64,000 bases of DNA from Tubiluchus corallicola (Eukaryota; Animalia; Priapulida). The position numbers and the translations under genes are program-made. The number at the start of each line of letters is the position of its first letter. Within the stretch, counting starts at the first letter, position 1. Below the pieces are notes generated by a model. It saw nothing but the letters and a program-made list of their open reading frames with translations. It searched no databases and was not told the DNA's origin. The DNA lies in the NCBI GenBank assembly GCA_030141605.1, contig JAQGDQ010000032.1, positions 534,846 to 598,845 on the forward strand, read 5' to 3'. Shown in pieces: positions 61,091-64,000 of this stretch.

Positions 61091-64000
61091 TCTGTCGTAT
61101 TTAATATGGGTGCGTGAACTGCTTGTGAACTATGACAATAGTGTTTTATGCCGCATCGAGATTACGGTTTTAAGTATGCGACCAGAAAAAGCGTGATTAT
61201 ATTTCCGCGTGTGATGATTGTGCGAAAACTACTTTCAGTCACACTCCACACTCTTAGCAGATTATCTATCACATGTTTTACTTAGTGCTTTCCTTGTCTC
61301 GGTGATGCGTCTCTTTTGTTGATTGTCTTTGTAGCGTGCAATAACCTCCGCGTCTTACGAGCGCTCGACACACTTTTAACGTGTACGTGTCTCCGTAAAG
61401 TCACTCAAGCCAAACTTGGTCCTTTAACCTACAATAGTTATTACAGAAAAATGCTATCTTCGAAGGTCTACTTATAGAGTTTGACCTTTCTTTCCTATTA
61501 AAAGTGTATAAAAGTGTTTTCTGTAGGAAGCACTCATCGTATCGCTTGCATCACTATTTTGATTTAGATTTTAGTCAACAACTTTTGACATTTGATACCA
61601 GTGAAGAGTTAAAGTTAAGATTCCATGCACAAAGGGACTATGTAAAGAGAGACTGAGAGTTTATTTATTGCAGAAGAACAGATTTACAGAATATACAAAT
61701 AACACAAATACAAATACAGCTCGGCATTGCAGCTTACAATAAAGTTAGAACAAAAAAGAGGCTGTTGGACACAAATTTTTTGTTTTAATTGAAAAACTAA
61801 CGTAAAAATGTTGGCAAAAACAGAAAACCAATTTTAAATTTGTAACATTTGACTGTTTACGTATAGGTGCCAATATTTGTTGTCACGTAATTCATTAAAA
61901 TTGCAGAACACAGAATTTGTTGCAATATTTGCAACATTTTTGTCAGTTTGCTAATATCCTAGTTTATTTGACTTTGCTAATCCTAGTTTTGCTTTCCAGT
62001 TCTTAGTTCTCTTGAATGTCGCAGTTCGTGTGCCTTCACTTCTTTCAAAAATGACACCTTGCAGCCTTTATCTGTTTCTTACAGAATATGGGACGAAATT
62101 GTGCATATGTCACTAGTTGTCACCGCAAGATGAAGCATCCATCAATTTCATACAGTCAAATAAACGAAATGTAATTTCAGCTTATGCTGTCATGTACAAT
62201 ATGTGACATGATACACTGTCTGACGCCAAGCAAAATTGTGCAGTCTCCGGCGCAGAAGGGCACACTTAAAGAAAGGGAGCAGGGGATAGCGATATTTTGA
62301 ATAAATAGAACTTGAAAGTCTACAGTAACAATAATATTTAACAGTTCGGCTACGTTCCTTAATGCAAAATAGAAAAAGTTTTTCATTTTCTATTTAGTAT
62401 TTTTCCCGTCTCAGGGCGGTGGGAAAGGGGAAACTTAGGCTGCCACATTCTGCTTCTGTCAAACCCCGATAAAAAATTCATGATGCACAAAACAAAGAGG
62501 AAATCGGTAAAATTTTGACAGTAAAATCGGAGTTCAATATCGCGTTTAACGATTCTACGTTAGCGCTTTGTCAAAGACGGATGACATCGTTTTACAGTAC
62601 TATTATAGTCGACACGTACTCTTCGACAATGCTGCGCTTGCGACGTTAATGTAATTTCAAATCCCAGTCGCAAATTTGAAGCGCTAAATTATTAAAATCT
62701 ACACATGTTTTATTTGATAAAACGTTTGAAAACATGAAATATAAATGGTCGAATGTGTGATAAAGTTTATATTCGTTCTGTCACTGATAGTGTTATAAAC
62801 CACTAGGGAACGTAGGCGGCAGCTACTTCAAAATACTTAAAATGACTGTCCGTTTGCTCAATCGTAAAACTGTCTTCTCATGTGATTTCATACCTGTAAT
62901 ACTGCACGTACTTTTATTTAATCACGAACGTATTTAACCACTAAAACTGCAACATATCAATTATGCCCTTTCCGTATAAGCGACTTACTTTGAAAATTTA
63001 CTACGAAAAATTAATTTCAGTCGATTTTTACAAAATATATAATATTTGTACAAAATTATCTTAATTAATTTACTGTTTTTTGTGTAACTTGCCTTTTGTC
63101 TTCTTGACATCTTAAAGTATGGTTTTAAATAATTTCTATAATTATTTCTTTTATTTTTCCTTTCTTTTGCTCTGCTTAAGTGATTGTTCAAGGTTTACCT
63201 TTTTTGCAGCAGTCCTACTAACTACTAACAGTTTAACATAATGGCGCCATCTACAGCTGTCAGGAACATCAATTAATTATTGATTTCAGTTTCACTCACT
63301 ACAAGACCCCTTTATTTATATATGTACTATGTAGCATTCATCATCACCATCATCATCGTTACCATTTTCATGCTCTTTACTGTTGATATACTCCAACTCG
63401 CTCGCCAAAATTGATTGTTATTGTCCACACAGACATAATCGCTGTTTAAGAGTTATAATTGGACTACTGTTATGCTTGGACAATTGAAGAGACAACGTTG
63501 TTTTAACAAGTTAAGATAAAGTTTGTTGGTAGACTATTATCTAAACATTAGAGATACTCGTTTTCAATACTAAATATCAGTCGAAGGTTTTTTTCTTGTA
63601 ATACACAGAATCTCTATTATTTATATACTCTGAGATTTGTCAGAAACAGCGCCTGTTTGCTTTCCATATTATAGGCTTATTACCATGTCGGATGAAATAC
63701 GTTATTAAGAACGATAGTGCTGCTATCTCGACCCAGCGTACATTTTATAGAAGTAACATAATGGCATTAGTGATCTTTAGCAGTTGAATTTTTCACTTGC
63801 AGCTTAATATATAATATAATTATCGACAGATTTGTTAAATAGATTCTGACGTACTATGCTGTATTGACTGTTGTAGTTTACATAACAAAATAAAATAAAA
63901 AATACGACAAACAGCGTTTCTTACAATTAACTATAATTATGCTTTAATTTCCTGTAAAAGATGCAAACTCTTCAGGATTTTCTCATTGGTATTGCTGCTC

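Noticed and set aside
536-63191. ORF-track entries as stand-alone genes
   Set aside because: All are short, many start at GTG/TTG or translate simple repeats (poly-Y, RE, HT, F/P/L-rich), and none shows a recognisable domain.

Overview
AT-rich (roughly 35% GC by eye) eukaryotic genomic DNA, most consistent with a long intronic or multi-promoter region of an invertebrate animal gene. I found no prokaryotic operons, CRISPR arrays, tRNA or rRNA genes, and no ORF with a recognisable protein family. Most entries in the ORF track are chance frames or translations of simple repeats. The best-supported features are non-autonomous DNA transposons: an intact hAT MITE with an 8-bp TSD, a Helentron/DINE-1-type element with sub-TIRs and a 3' stem-loop, TTAA-flanked Kolobok-like elements, a Harbinger-like MITE, and a MITE family carrying TTAGGG-like cores. 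Microsatellites, minisatellites and two (TA)n-centred palindromes are also clear. The most interesting signal is inferential and lies on the minus strand. A 9-nt microexon candidate with a UGC-containing 3' splice site sits at 37363-37371. A series of short ATG-initiated, phase-0 exon candidates is spread over about 44 kb, which suggests a gene with many alternative first exons whose common body lies to the left of the window. The gene cannot be named from this window.
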